Source: Candidatus Bathyarchaeota archaeon
GTDB taxonomy: Archaea; Thermoproteota; CALKCG01; B24; DRYS01
Reading direction: 5' to 3'
Length of the DNA stretch: 64,000 bases
Assembly: GCA_025058595.1 (NCBI GenBank)
Contig: JANXEK010000005.1
Span: 4,685 to 68,684, forward strand
Both the position numbers and the translations under genes were made by a program. Every line of letters begins with the position of its first letter. Positions within the stretch are counted from its first letter, which is position 1. Positions 50,134 through 60,866 of this stretch are shown here, in pieces. The notes below the pieces were generated by a model, which did no database searches, was not told the origin of the DNA, and saw only the letters and a list, made by a program, of their open reading frames with translations.

Positions 50134-53100
50134 TCAGATTTCTATCGAGACGTAGTGTAGTTCGATTATCTCCGAGAACTTTACCATAACGCCTATATTC
50201 ACCCGGCTATCATCAAACCAGATATAGATACGTCCGCTTCGATCCACCGATCCTACGATAAGCGTTCGTATAAGCTGCTTTATATACCCTAGATCCTCAG
50301 ACCTAGCATACCGTACATCCCCCACTCTAACCTTCACATGAGGATACAGAGCTTCAGCTTCTACGATAGTCAAACCTAAATCTTCTAGGATTCTCTTCAA
50401 CTCGGTTATTTTCTCCTCTCTTCCGAGGGTATACCTACCATACTCTAATTTCTCCACAGCTTTTAACGCTGCGATACGCACCTCATCCGGGTTTTTCGGG
50501 TTCAATATGACGTACGAACCTATCTCCTGCCTCTCAGCATCCACTGCTACAACCATAGCCGGTAGTACGAGGTCTCGCTCCTCACCGTAGAATGGTATAA
50601 GGTATACGAGGTTACGCCCCATCGCGTATAGGAGTATGTTGCTATACCTCCAGTTTGGATGGAGCGTAAGCTCCCTCTTAACATCTGGGTTATTACTTAC
50701 GACGGATAGAGCTGTCCATGGACCTATGACTGTCCTATCCTCTAGGCTTAGAAAATATATGTTTCCGAGCATATGCCCAGATGGGGCTATATACATACCT
50801 GCAAGATTCCTAGATGGGCTTCTATACCATTCTACGAGTCTTACTGCGCACCATGTCTCCTCCCCTTCGAAGCGTATAGTGATGTACCTTACATCTTCGA
50901 ATAACGCTCCAGTCTGTGTTCTAGTGAAATCATAGAACTGATTACTCTGCCATCTAGAGAAATCCTCTTGGAAATACCAGTTGTAGCAATCTATCTGTGA
51001 TTCTAGAAACTCTTCAGGATATTTCAACTGTCTTTTAATCCATTCAGGTATAGGTTTAGACCATAAGCTATACTTCGCTCTATAATACTCCGTTATATAG
51101 TCGCTCCTATAGTTTTCGAGAAGATACCCATCTATAACGCCGCTGTATAGATCAACTATTACGAAGCCTAACAACCTCTGTATACCTTCATACTCGTGGG
51201 ATGGCCAATCTAGATACTCGTGAGGGGGAGGCCATGAAGCCCATATCCAGTACAGCAGGTATATGTTGCCCTTCTCGTCGAATATTATATATCCGCTTTC
51301 GGTTGTATACAGATTAGGTAGCAGTAGTTTAGATACCCTATTTCTACAATCCCTATCTACTAGAGCTTTTATATCACCGTAGACTCCTTGAGCGAAATCC
51401 CATCTAAACCCCCAGAAGAACTTCCAGAAACGCCAGAATCCTCTGTACAAGTAGTCAGGGGTACTATCATATCCAGATGGACCTATATATCCTGGTAGAT
51501 GTATCTCTTGGAAGCCTGGAACGCCTACGTAAACCTCATCAACTTCCCTCCATAACTCTCCCTCGCCATAGTACAGTGTAGGATATCTTGTCAGATTCAA
51601 CAGCTCCCTGATATCGATTATCTCGGCAGAAGTGGAATCTAAAGCCAGTACCTTCTCTGAATGCGTTAATATAAGATGGTTAGCTCTCCATACATCTACA
51701 TCTCCGGCGTAAGGCGGTCTGACAGGAGTGAGGATCGCTACCCAATACTCTTTCCCCTTCAAGTAGACTATATCTACGATAGCGTCATCTATAGACATCC
51801 AGTTGACTCCTACATAAGGTCTAAGGTTGAGTCTAGCTGCTTCAGCCGTGAATATCCTTGTCCTTTCGAGTATACGGGTATCGTTGATAGATATAGAATC
51901 TATACCTATTCTCTCGATATCGTCTACTGAGTAAGCCCACCTCGTAAACTTTATGGTGGGTAGGTATGCCGGAATCCATAGGTATTCGTAGGCTTTACCT
52001 TGCATCTGGGTTTCGATAGCTAACCTAGCATAGATACTTGGAGATAGTAATCCTACGATAACTATGGCTAATAACGCTACTCTATACGAACTATACTGAT
52101 GCACGATCGCACGGTATATCCTAGAAGTCGTATGGTACATTCGTCCTGTAAAGATCGATAGCCTAAGGATTACAGCTAAACATGTAGATGCTATGAGAGC
52201 TAAACCTATAGTTAAAGTATGGTAGGGTGTAGAAGCATCAAAAACTTGTATCGGCACTCTTAGGAAAACTACTAGTAGTGAAGATGCAGCTATACAGGCG
52301 ATGTTAGCGGCTATCCTGATAACGGATGATGTCGATGTTAGACCTAGATGTCTGGATAATACTATCGATGCAGTATCGCCTATAGATGCTAGAATCAATC
52401 TTAAAATCCATAAAACCGCTAGTATGTAAGCTAAGTTATAGAGTACATTATAATAGATCTCTAACGTTAAAGCTTCGTTTATAGGGTAATCTATAGGCGT
52501 TACGTATCCAGGGGTTACCCTAGCTAGCAAGGTTGATGCTATCTTCGATATAACCGTTTGAAAGTCTACACCGTAAATACTCATCGAATGGATGAGAAGA
52601 TCTATCTTAACCGCTAACTGGCTGCCAAGTCCTAGCGTCGCTACGAATACCGCTAGGAATTTCGCTAGCATCCATAAGGCTCCATACGGTATTAAACGTA
52701 GCTTATCGTTGAATTCGACTTCATCCACTCCTGCCACCGAAGGTTTAAGGATGAACTGATGATCGTATGTAACCCCTATTAACCTATCCCTGCTACTTGT
52801 AAACAGCTTTACGAGGGATAGAAGCTTACTTTTAACATAGATATGTCTCTTCCCATCCCTGCCTATGCCTATGTATACCCTAGGATCGCTGAACACTATT
52901 ATCGACGATGCTAGAAGAGCTGTAAGGATGAGCGTCCCACCTATAAGTCTGATGGAGACTACGTTCAGATAAACTTTGGATAGTATATAGGTATATTCTA
53001 TGTCTAGTGATAGAGCATAATCCATGGTTAACTTAAATACTGGTACGCATATAGTCGTCGAAACTATAGCTAGGATGAATATGATCCATCTAAACTCCGC

Positions 53101-53304
53101 AGCTCCATATACGGCTATAAGCGTTACGATTATAGAAGCTGTTAGCGATAAAGAGTTAGCTAGTAGGAGTACGGCAAGTATAGGGTAGCTTACAGGATCG
53201 TTGAAGACTTGTAGCTGCTGTAGGATAGGTAGGAGTACGAATGAGTATACTATGCCTACAACTATGCTTACCGTTATTAAACTGGATAATCTATACCTTC
53301 TCAC
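50134..53304 (-). CDS. UPF0182-like large membrane protein
   Basis: N-terminal multi-TM region, then FTRWAY, HLILTH, LYYGE, VDLYSG.IDGY, WIKRQLKYPE, RNLAG motifs reminiscent of UPF0182. Confidence 0.7.
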   Translation of the reverse strand: MRRYRLSSLITVSIVVGIVYSFVLLPILQQLQVFNDPVSYPILAVLLLANSLSLTASIIVTLIAVYGAAEFRWIIFILAIVSTTICVPVFKLTMDYALSLDIEYTYILSKVYLNVVSIRLIGGTLILTALLASSIIVFSDPRVYIGIGRDGKRHIYVKSKLLSLVKLFTSSRDRLIGVTYDHQFILKPSVAGVDEVEFNDKLRLIPYGALWMLAKFLAVFVATLGLGSQLAVKIDLLIHSMSIYGVDFQTVISKIASTLLARVTPGYVTPIDYPINEALTLEIYYNVLYNLAYILAVLWILRLILASIGDTASIVLSRHLGLTSTSSVIRIAANIACIAASSLLVVFLRVPIQVFDASTPYHTLTIGLALIASTCLAVILRLSIFTGRMYHTTSRIYRAIVHQYSSYRVALLAIVIVGLLSPSIYARLAIETQMQGKAYEYLWIPAYLPTIKFTRWAYSVDDIERIGIDSISINDTRILERTRIFTAEAARLNLRPYVGVNWMSIDDAIVDIVYLKGKEYWVAILTPVRPPYAGDVDVWRANHLILTHSEKVLALDSTSAEIIDIRELLNLTRYPTLYYGEGELWREVDEVYVGVPGFQEIHLPGYIGPSGYDSTPDYLYRGFWRFWKFFWGFRWDFAQGVYGDIKALVDRDCRNRVSKLLLPNLYTTESGYIIFDEKGNIYLLYWIWASWPPPHEYLDWPSHEYEGIQRLLGFVIVDLYSGVIDGYLLENYRSDYITEYYRAKYSLWSKPIPEWIKRQLKYPEEFLESQIDCYNWYFQEDFSRWQSNQFYDFTRTQTGALFEDVRYITIRFEGEETWCAVRLVEWYRSPSRNLAGMYIAPSGHMLGNIYFLSLEDRTVIGPWTALSVVSNNPDVKRELTLHPNWRYSNILLYAMGRNLVYLIPFYGEERDLVLPAMVVAVDAERQEIGSYVILNPKNPDEVRIAALKAVEKLEYGRYTLGREEKITELKRILEDLGLTIVEAEALYPHVKVRVGDVRYARSEDLGYIKQLIRTLIVGSVDRSGRIYIWFDDSRVNIGVMVKFSEIIELHYVSIEI

Positions 53305-53350
53305 ACACCAGCTTATCTATGGTCCGCTCTATTAAACTTTTTATCCCCCC

Positions 53351-54007
53351 TTGCGAAGAGTATTGAACCCAGATTTGAGAGGGAAAGATCTAGCGTTCAC
53401 AGCTGCGTTCACCTTGATAGCTTTCACCATGCTTGCCAGTTTCAGTAGATCCGAGAATGTAGCACACCCCTCATGGATAAAGCCCGGCGCTACCGTAGTA
53501 TACTATGGGAGTTTAACTATCGGTGAGGAGGGCATACTAGAAGCTACTATAGAGTGGACCGTAAAGAATGTAGATCTAAATAGTATCGAGTTGGAGGCGA
53601 CTATCGAATCGGCTAACCTAAGAACACCTATATCGAGGATGTTTAAAGTCTCGACAGCTACGGGTAAACTTCTATCGATAGATAGAGATAACGTCGATGT
53701 AGGTAGATTCTTTCTATGGTTATATCCTCCGCCGAGTATAGGTGGTACGGTAGAAATAGAAGGTATACCGTATAGAGTCTCCGGTTTAGAATCTGTTAAC
53801 GCTTCTAATAGGATATGGAGATGTATCGTAGCTAACAGTACTCTAGATAACTACGACATCCGCGGGGTGATTACTAGGTGGTACGATGTGGAGACAGGTA
53901 TACAGATAAAGGTCTACATGGATCTATCGTTCGCGTATCTGTTCAAAGGAGAGAATACCACATCTTCGGCTAAAGCGGCTCTCATACTGCTCTCAACATC
54001 TTTCTAA
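53351..54007 (+). CDS. Putative exported beta-rich hypothetical protein
   Basis: Hydrophobic N-terminal signal/anchor; WIKPGA...Y and WYD.ETGI..K motifs. Confidence 0.65.
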   Translation: MRRVLNPDLRGKDLAFTAAFTLIAFTMLASFSRSENVAHPSWIKPGATVVYYGSLTIGEEGILEATIEWTVKNVDLNSIELEATIESANLRTPISRMFKVSTATGKLLSIDRDNVDVGRFFLWLYPPPSIGGTVEIEGIPYRVSGLESVNASNRIWRCIVANSTLDNYDIRGVITRWYDVETGIQIKVYMDLSFAYLFKGENTTSSAKAALILLSTSF

Positions 54008-54010
54008 TCT

Positions 54011-54799
54011 TTAGCCGAGAATTCTAGGTAGCGTTACGTAGACTATCATCCATACAAGAACTGTTATACCTTGCATTACAAGCGTCCGCCCCCTATCAAG
54101 CTCCGCAAGTTTACCGACACCTATACCTGAAACAGTTATAACCCATATAGGGAATACGTAGAATACGATGTTCGATGCTTGAACCACGAGCGAATGCCTC
54201 CAAATATCGTCCGCTAGAATATTCAATCTATCCAAGCTATTCCATATAGCTATCTGCCTTTTCACAGCCTGTATCGAGGATAATAGCATTAAGACTTCAA
54301 CTCTAGATGCTATTCTATAGGTAACATCAGGGACAAACGGTATGAGGAATGTTTGGAGAAACGCTGAGATTATGTATGCGCCGAGCGAGAAGCCTACGCA
54401 TAGGATCGTCCCAGAAAAGTTTCTCTCGCCGCCGAGAAGCCATGACGACAGGTATAGTACGACCGCTGTCACTATGAAATTCACCCCAAGATTTATGGTA
54501 TTAGAGAAGAAGTTCATTAGAGCCGTTATAAGCCATCCATAAACATCTACGAATGTGAATCTTACGTTAGCCTCTAAATCGTAGTACACTATCTTAGTTG
54601 CTTGAAGGAGCGTGTAAGATAAACCGGCAAATAAACCTGTTAAAACGAATAGGAGGAGTATCCATAGGTAATCTGGCTCCTCGAATATCTCATCGTATAT
54701 CTCGTATGGTTTGAAGAGCACCTTGATGCTCCATCTACTCCTACTACCGATCCACCGTATAGCTCTCGCTTTGAAGCCTTCCTCCACGCCTCTTCTCAC
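54011..54799 (-). CDS. Yip1-like membrane protein
   Basis: VLFKP.E.YDEI.E.P start, about 5 TM segments, LLGGE..F..T motif. Confidence 0.65.
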   Translation of the reverse strand: MRRGVEEGFKARAIRWIGSRSRWSIKVLFKPYEIYDEIFEEPDYLWILLLFVLTGLFAGLSYTLLQATKIVYYDLEANVRFTFVDVYGWLITALMNFFSNTINLGVNFIVTAVVLYLSSWLLGGERNFSGTILCVGFSLGAYIISAFLQTFLIPFVPDVTYRIASRVEVLMLLSSIQAVKRQIAIWNSLDRLNILADDIWRHSLVVQASNIVFYVFPIWVITVSGIGVGKLAELDRGRTLVMQGITVLVWMIVYVTLPRILG

Positions 54800-55181
54800 C
54801 TATAGCTAAAGCTTCCCTAGGTAGGAAAGCTATAAGTCTCTTCTCAGCGAGCCTTCTAAGGAATAGGAGGAGCGGGGTCTCGGCTTCTATCCTAGTTATT
54901 TTATACTTAGAGCAGATTCTAGATAGAAGATCCTCCACGCTATTCCTTCCATCTATATTCATCCATACGAATGAACCTATATCATCGAGGTTAAGCCTCC
55001 TCTCCTTCTTAACACCTCCGCCCTTCCTAAGTACGATGTATACCCCTCCATCGGCGTATTCAGCCCACTCCACTATAGGGTTACGCACTGGTATAAGCTT
55101 CATGAAATCCTCCTTCGTAGGGGTCCCTTGAACCCTCCCCCGTCTCCTTCGAAACAGCCTAGCGAAGATATTCGGCGTCAT
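54744..55181 (-). CDS. PqqD/RRE-family protein
   Basis: IPVRNP, LDDIGSFVW..IDG..SVEDL...EAE..LL.FLR.L....LI pattern; start uncertain (55181 or 55226). Confidence 0.78.
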   Translation of the reverse strand: MTPNIFARLFRRRRGRVQGTPTKEDFMKLIPVRNPIVEWAEYADGGVYIVLRKGGGVKKERRLNLDDIGSFVWMNIDGRNSVEDLLSRICSKYKITRIEAETPLLLFLRRLAEKRLIAFLPREALAIGEKRRGGRLQSESYTVDR

Positions 55182-55194
55182 GTATAGTTCCTCC

Positions 55195-56106
55195 TCAATG
55201 ACATCTAAAGCTTTCGAACGCTTCACTCATAACTTTTTCGATACTCTTCTTTACACCCTTCTCTTTGAGTAGGGTTGCAGCGTAAAGTCTATCCATCTTA
55301 TCGCAGACCCATGCGTAGGTATATCCATCCATAGGCTTCTTAAGTAAACCTCTCCTAAAGTATACGGGATACATATATCCTTCGTGATCGAATACACCTG
55401 TTTTTATAGGCTTCTTCCATATAAGCCCCTTCAAATTCCTTCCTAGATATCTACGATACTTCTCTCGAACCCACTCCTCTAACGTCTCCTTCCTTAGAAC
55501 CCTACTAGCTAGCCCAACCCTCTCGTAACCTATATAGCCATATCTAGATTCGAACAGTAGATATGTATCTGCCGGATAGAACCGTCTATCTATAAGCTCG
55601 AAGTCTACAGGGATCTTCAACTCTACATCGAGTATCTTCCAGGATACTGTATCCCCCTCGGGGTGGCAGACGAAGCTCGAAAGTATACCTTCGGAAATCT
55701 TTCTAGCTCTCTCATACTCATCCCTATCGAAATGGAACCTTAATATGAAGCTACGCATAGTCTTATCGCAGTTGAAGACATATATGAAGCCCTCCCTTCC
55801 TCCACGATAGTAAGCATACAATGCTCCATGCCCATTAACCTTCCCTTCCCCCTTACTAGAAACCTTAAAATCCGGATCCTCCTTCCTACCTTTAGATTCC
55901 AGATCTTTGAGAATCCTCTTAGGATCTGGAACCTTATTCTTCTTAAACTCCTCCCATCTAACCTCTAATCTAGGTTTATAATCGTCGAACCTGAGATAGC
56001 CACGCCTAGAATTACCACCCTCAACCTTCACAACCCAACTCCCAGGTATAAGGCCAGATATACGATGCCAGCTAAACCCTATCAGTGTGGTACTTTCAGA
56101 GACCAC
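55195..56106 (-). CDS. Conserved hypothetical protein upstream of the PqqD-family gene
   Basis: Long ORF with GYLRFDD..PRLEVRW and two repeated ...CDK..R.(F/Y) segments. Confidence 0.7.
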   Translation of the reverse strand: MVSESTTLIGFSWHRISGLIPGSWVVKVEGGNSRRGYLRFDDYKPRLEVRWEEFKKNKVPDPKRILKDLESKGRKEDPDFKVSSKGEGKVNGHGALYAYYRGGREGFIYVFNCDKTMRSFILRFHFDRDEYERARKISEGILSSFVCHPEGDTVSWKILDVELKIPVDFELIDRRFYPADTYLLFESRYGYIGYERVGLASRVLRKETLEEWVREKYRRYLGRNLKGLIWKKPIKTGVFDHEGYMYPVYFRRGLLKKPMDGYTYAWVCDKMDRLYAATLLKEKGVKKSIEKVMSEAFESFRCH

Positions 56107-56194
56107 AGCTACCCTAGTACTTTAATCTACCTGGAAGGCTAAGATAATTCTTTCTTTCCCCCGTAAACCATCGCGCGATAGGCGTATAGATGTA

Positions 56195-56269
56195 TGGGCC
56201 GGCCCGGATTTGAACCGGGGATCTCCGCGGTGTGAACGCGGCGTCTTAACCCAGCTGGACCACCGGCCC
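56195..56269 (-). tRNA. tRNA-Val(CAC)
   Basis: GGGCCGGTGGTCCAGCTGGGTTAAGACG-CCGCG-TTCACAC-CGCGG-AGATCCCCGGTTCAAATCCGGGCCGGCCCA. Confidence 0.96.
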
Positions 56270-56309
56270 TTTCGATAGTATAACCTAAAAGTGTCCTAAT
56301 TATAGTTTA

Positions 56310-56477
56310 CTACCTTTTAACAGCCGGTTCTCTATGCTTCCATCTGAGATTATAGGATCTGCAATTCCTACATTTCTCAGCGTTCGGGCTATTCCTAACA
56401 CCGCATTCCCTACAGATCTTCAGATATAGCCTCTTCCTCATAGCTATCTCGCGTTTAGCTGGATCTCTTATAGGCAT
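56310..56477 (-). CDS. rpl40e: 50S ribosomal protein L40e
   Basis: Manual translation MPIRDPAKREIAMRKRLYLKICRECGVRNSPNAEKCRNCRSYNLRWKHREPAVKR (below ORF-track cutoff). Confidence 0.95.
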   Translation of the reverse strand: MPIRDPAKREIAMRKRLYLKICRECGVRNSPNAEKCRNCRSYNLRWKHREPAVKR

Positions 56478-56660
56478 AGCCGCTTCCTCCGTGGAATAGA
56501 CCCGGAGTATAAATCTCTATATAAAGATTCATCTTCTACGATACTTATCTAAGCTGCTTCACCTAGCCACATCGATTATATGGATTCAATAAAGTTTAGG
56601 TGTGATAGCGATTCAGTCTACCTTTATATTCAGGTTATACCTAGACTCCTGAGAGCGGAT

Positions 56661-56864
56661 ATGCCTAAAGAGGTATTCGATGTAGAGGAGTTCATCAAAC
56701 TATCAGAGAAAGCCGAGTACTGTTTAGTTAAGGGTAATATTAGGGATGGAACTGTTAAACTTAAGCTCAGAACTAGGAGGTATCTCTACACTCTTAAGGT
56801 TAAGGATAACGCTGAAGCTGAGGGAGTGTTGAGGAAGGTTAAATGCCCTGTGAGGAGAATATAA
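56661..56864 (+). CDS. rpl38e: 50S ribosomal protein L38e
   Basis: MPKEVFDVEEFIKL...VKLKLRTRRYLYTLKV. Confidence 0.92.
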   Translation: MPKEVFDVEEFIKLSEKAEYCLVKGNIRDGTVKLKLRTRRYLYTLKVKDNAEAEGVLRKVKCPVRRI

Positions 56865-56898
56865 CTGCCAGATCATAGATGCTGTATGGTGTAAACCT

Positions 56899-57836
56899 AT
56901 GGGTAGAGTATCTATTGTTAAAGATCTAAAGGATAGAAGGCGAGGTGTAGCGAAAGCTTTAACACTAATAGAAAACGAGGTTGCGATGAAATTAACAGGT
57001 AGAGTTAGGGTAGTTATTAAACCTAACTTTGTAAGCGCGTATAGCCATCTATCAGCGACCCCTGTAGAGTGCGTCGACGAAACGTTGAAGTTTCTACTAA
57101 GATTAACAGATCCTAAAGAGCTGATAGTGGCAGAGACACCTACTATAGGTAGTTTCAGAGAAGCTATAGAGAGATTCGGGTATAAAGCTTTGAAGGATAG
57201 CTACGATGTAGAGTTATGCGACCTCGACGAATATGGGTACGAGGAGGTTGAGATAGTAGATAGGGAGGGGGATCCCGCCTCATACCGGTATCTAAACTTA
57301 TACTCGAATCAGATTTCAGAGTTTCGACTATAAGACCTAAAACACACGATACAGTAGTCGTAACGTTGAGTTTAAAGAATATGTCCGTGGGCTCTGTCAA
57401 GAGAGGGTACCGTCAGCTTCTTCATCAAGGCTACTGGCAGATAAACTATAACATCGCCAGGATCGCGGTATACGTTATGCCTCACCTGGCTGTGGTGGAT
57501 GGGTATGAAGCTATGGAGGGGGATGGGCCTGTAAACGGTACACCTAGAGGGTGGGGTGTATACTTCGCTTCTACCAACCCTGTATCGTTGGATTCTACCG
57601 TAGCATATGCTATGGGGTTCAACGCGTACGATATAGGCTACCTATATATCCTATCGCTATGGGGGTATGGCGAGCTGGATCTAAATAGGATAGCCTTCGT
57701 AGGCGATCCATTGAGTGAAAACGTAGAATCCTTCAAACCGCATAGAAGCTTTAAGGATCAACTAAGCTGGAAGAAATACATGAATAATATCGCGAGGCTT
57801 CCAAAACCACCTCGACCATCTGCACCTCTAGATTAA
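56899..57836 (+). CDS. DUF362-family protein split by a 1-nt frameshift near 57266-57276
   Basis: VVIKPNFV in the first ORF; RPKTHDTVVVTLSLKN, VVDGYEAMEGDGP..G and DIGYL in the second frame. One extra G or C in the run at 57266-57276 fuses them. Confidence 0.8.
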
Positions 57837-57858
57837 ACCAGTAGATGAGGTTAAGCCG

Positions 57859-59088
57859 TTACGCTCCATACTTATGCGTTAAGTTCGCTACATCTAGGAG
57901 GATCGGCATTAAATCTAATCCTCTAATCCTGTTAAGCCCTCCTTTCGCGCATAGCCTCTCCTCGAATCTACCTACATCGTCCACACGTATATCTGGACCC
58001 GCTATAGCTACCGGTACTGGATCGGCTGAATGTGTCCTTATGCTACAGGGTGTAGAATGATCGGCGGTTAACGTAATAATACAATCCTCGACCCTATCTA
58101 TGATCCTATAAAGCGCATCGTCTATACGTTCTATCATCTCTATTTTCCTCCTGTAATTCCCATCCTCGCCAGCTAGATCTGTAGCTTTAAAGTGAAGGTA
58201 TACTAGATCGTAGTTTTCCAATGATCTGGTACAGGCTTCGACTTTAGCCTTAAAATCGCTCTCATAGGTTCCGGTCGCTCCCTTCACCTCGATCACATCC
58301 ATACCCAAATATCTGGCGACCCCCTTATAGAGCGGCCCTCCAGCTATACAGCAAGCTTTCAATCCATATCTTTCATCGATCCTGGATACATGTTCATAGA
58401 AGCTAGCCCCCCTGACGAGTATAGCGTTCGCCTGAAGCTTCCCCTCTGAAGCTCTCCTCCTATTAACCTCTGACTTTGATAGTATTCTATGGGCATCTAT
58501 CGATATACGGTTTACAAGCTCTGCGGTCCTCCTAGCTTCTATACTCTCATCGAGAGGTCTACACATCGATATCGAAGCTCCATCTCTCTCAGGATCTGTA
58601 TCTGATACCATCCAGGACAGCCCCTCACCGCGGATGACTAGAACCCCTCTATGCTCAACCCCGGGATAGAAGTATACCTCTACACCGGGTATTCTCAACT
58701 CTTCGTTTAGAAGTCGGAATAGCATACTAGAATCATCGCTCCCTATCCTACCAGCCCTCCTATCGATAACGGTTAGGTTACCATCTACAGTAGCTAGATT
58801 CACTCTGAATGTGAGATCGCCAGGCTTAACATCTACACCTAACCCTAAAGCTTCGAAGACCCCCCTACCTCTATAACACTCGTATGGGTTGTAGCCGAAT
58901 ATCGCTAGATGTGCCGGTGCACTTCCAGGTCTAACTCCTGGGGCTATCGGATCCATAATACCGCATATACCGTTAGCTGCTATGAAATCCATAGAAGGTT
59001 TTCTCGAAGCCTCTAAAGGCGTCCTAAACCCTATATCCTTTATCGGTCTATCTCCTAACCCATCGCATATTATCAGTACGATCTTCAT
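57859..59088 (-). CDS. apgM: 2,3-bisphosphoglycerate-independent phosphoglycerate mutase (archaeal)
   Basis: DGLGDRP, TPLE, PGS..AHL.IFGY, GRG.FEALG, DRRAGR, HFKATD.AGEDG, TADHSTP, HSADPVP. Confidence 0.95.
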   Translation of the reverse strand: MKIVLIICDGLGDRPIKDIGFRTPLEASRKPSMDFIAANGICGIMDPIAPGVRPGSAPAHLAIFGYNPYECYRGRGVFEALGLGVDVKPGDLTFRVNLATVDGNLTVIDRRAGRIGSDDSSMLFRLLNEELRIPGVEVYFYPGVEHRGVLVIRGEGLSWMVSDTDPERDGASISMCRPLDESIEARRTAELVNRISIDAHRILSKSEVNRRRASEGKLQANAILVRGASFYEHVSRIDERYGLKACCIAGGPLYKGVARYLGMDVIEVKGATGTYESDFKAKVEACTRSLENYDLVYLHFKATDLAGEDGNYRRKIEMIERIDDALYRIIDRVEDCIITLTADHSTPCSIRTHSADPVPVAIAGPDIRVDDVGRFEERLCAKGGLNRIRGLDLMPILLDVANLTHKYGA

Positions 59089-59109
59089 AGATGCATCGCA
59101 ACCTCCAGC

Positions 59110-59511
59110 CTACTCCGGAAGTTTGGTACCACATTTTATACAGAATCTATTCTTAGGATCGTTCGGGTAACCGCAGTTAGGGCATATCTTAGGAGTTAAA
59201 GGCGCCGGTTGTGGTTTAGCTACGAGCGGAGGAGCTGTAACTTCAGGCTTAGCGACCTCGGGTTTAGCTTTCACCGGCGGCTCGTATTCGACCTTCAACA
59301 ACACTACATCGCCTATAGATTTAACCTGGCTCCACGGTATATCCCTCTCGGTGTCCCCATACTTTATGGTTAGAGCTAGCTCGACACGATCCTCCGATAG
59401 TTTAAACGATAGATCTTTAACCTCACCTACTATATAGCCACGCTGCTCGACGACCTTTTTACCTACAACCTCACCTTGTCGTACATATCTAACTTCAGAT
59501 TCACCGTTCAA
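59110..59511 (-). CDS. PRC-barrel protein with Pro-rich linker and C-terminal zinc ribbon
   Basis: GKKVV...G..VGEVKD...IPW..V.SIGDVVLL (PRC); CPNCG.......FCIKCG. Confidence 0.8.
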   Translation of the reverse strand: MNGESEVRYVRQGEVVGKKVVEQRGYIVGEVKDLSFKLSEDRVELALTIKYGDTERDIPWSQVKSIGDVVLLKVEYEPPVKAKPEVAKPEVTAPPLVAKPQPAPLTPKICPNCGYPNDPKNRFCIKCGTKLPE

Positions 59512-59647
59512 CCTTTAACCCCTACTACAACTCCAGAGCTATATGCTAATAAGGCTTCTCTAAACATCTAGAGTTAGAGAGTCTCGACTGCAAAGTTTAA
59601 ATCTTAGCATACACTGAATAGATTCATCAGGCGTTTGGGGTTAAGCC

Positions 59648-59947
59648 TTGCTTAAAGGTAAGCTGTGCACTTCCAGATGCGAATTTTTCAGATGCCGTCA
59701 GAAAGCCCTCAAATGGCGGAGCGATACAGCTTTGTGTATTGTATCCGGAGACACGTGTATAGGATATAAATGCAACTACGCATTATGCGAGAAGCGGAAG
59801 ATGCTCAACGACGGTGTATGTGGGTTAACTATAAAGAGTGAAAGCAGTTTGAGTTTAGAGGAGATAGAGAGGGAGACAACACCTAAGGTATCGGTTAGAG
59901 TTAAAGGTAAATTGACTAAGAAGCTGAAGTTTGAAGATCTAGTTTAG
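59648..59947 (+). CDS. Cys-rich hypothetical protein (probable metal-binding)
   Basis: Eight Cys in about 55 aa; TTTAAA box upstream. Confidence 0.65.
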   Translation: MLKGKLCTSRCEFFRCRQKALKWRSDTALCIVSGDTCIGYKCNYALCEKRKMLNDGVCGLTIKSESSLSLEEIERETTPKVSVRVKGKLTKKLKFEDLV

Positions 59948-60083
59948 CGAAGCTAAAACTGTATACAGCCGATACGATAAACTTATACTCCGCTGTAGCA
60001 ACATGTATTTTTTTGTATTTTCGGTGTAAGGCATCTGTTTAAATAAACCTATAACCTCAAGGTATACGCTTGACTTATGGGCT

Positions 60084-60866
60084 ATGTCTGAGTTATTCTG
60101 TGAAGGGGAATACGCGCTGCTCCTCTTAGATAGAAGGAGGAGATATCTAGTTAAACTTGAGAAGGGTAAACGGTTCCATACTCATAGAGGCTTTCTAGAT
60201 CTAGATCAGATTATAGGTAGACCAGAAGGGGTAGCTATCGAGAGTAGTATGGGTGTCGATTTCTACGTGTTTAAGCCGTCGTTATGGGATTATGTAGAGA
60301 GCTACGAGAGACCTACACAGATACTGTATCCTAAGGATATAGGTTTCATACTAGTCTACGCGGATATAGGTCCAGGTTGCAGGGTTTTGGAAGCTGGGGT
60401 AGGTTCAGGTGCCCTTACAAGCTTTCTAGCCTACCATATCAGACCTACAGGAAGGGTATACGGATATGATGTGAATCCTAGGTTCATAGAGGTTGCTAGG
60501 AGGAACCTGGAACGTACGGGTCTTCTAGGATATGTAGAACTTAAACTGGGAGATGTGTATAAGGGGGTCGATGAGAGGGATATCGATGTAGCTATATTAG
60601 ATGTCCCATCACCTTGGCTAGCTATAGACCCGGTGTATAGATCTCTTAAACCTGGAGGATTCTTCGTAAGCTTCAGTCCGACTATAGACCAGGTTGAGAA
60701 GCTCGTAGAATCTATAGAAGCGCATAGAGGCTTTATAGTGCTGAACGTCTTGGAATCCTTTACTAGAAGCTATAAGGTGAGAAGGGGGGAGACTAGACCT
60801 GAGACGACTATGATAGCTCACACCGGGTATCTACTATTCGCTAGGAAGCTATCCCTACAGTTTTAG
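60084..60866 (+). CDS. trmI: tRNA (adenine-N1)-methyltransferase TrmI
   Basis: FHTHRG, TQILYPKDIG, VLEAGVGSGALT, LDVPSPW, FSPTIDQV, HTGYL. Confidence 0.95.
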   Translation: MSELFCEGEYALLLLDRRRRYLVKLEKGKRFHTHRGFLDLDQIIGRPEGVAIESSMGVDFYVFKPSLWDYVESYERPTQILYPKDIGFILVYADIGPGCRVLEAGVGSGALTSFLAYHIRPTGRVYGYDVNPRFIEVARRNLERTGLLGYVELKLGDVYKGVDERDIDVAILDVPSPWLAIDPVYRSLKPGGFFVSFSPTIDQVEKLVESIEAHRGFIVLNVLESFTRSYKVRRGETRPETTMIAHTGYLLFARKLSLQF

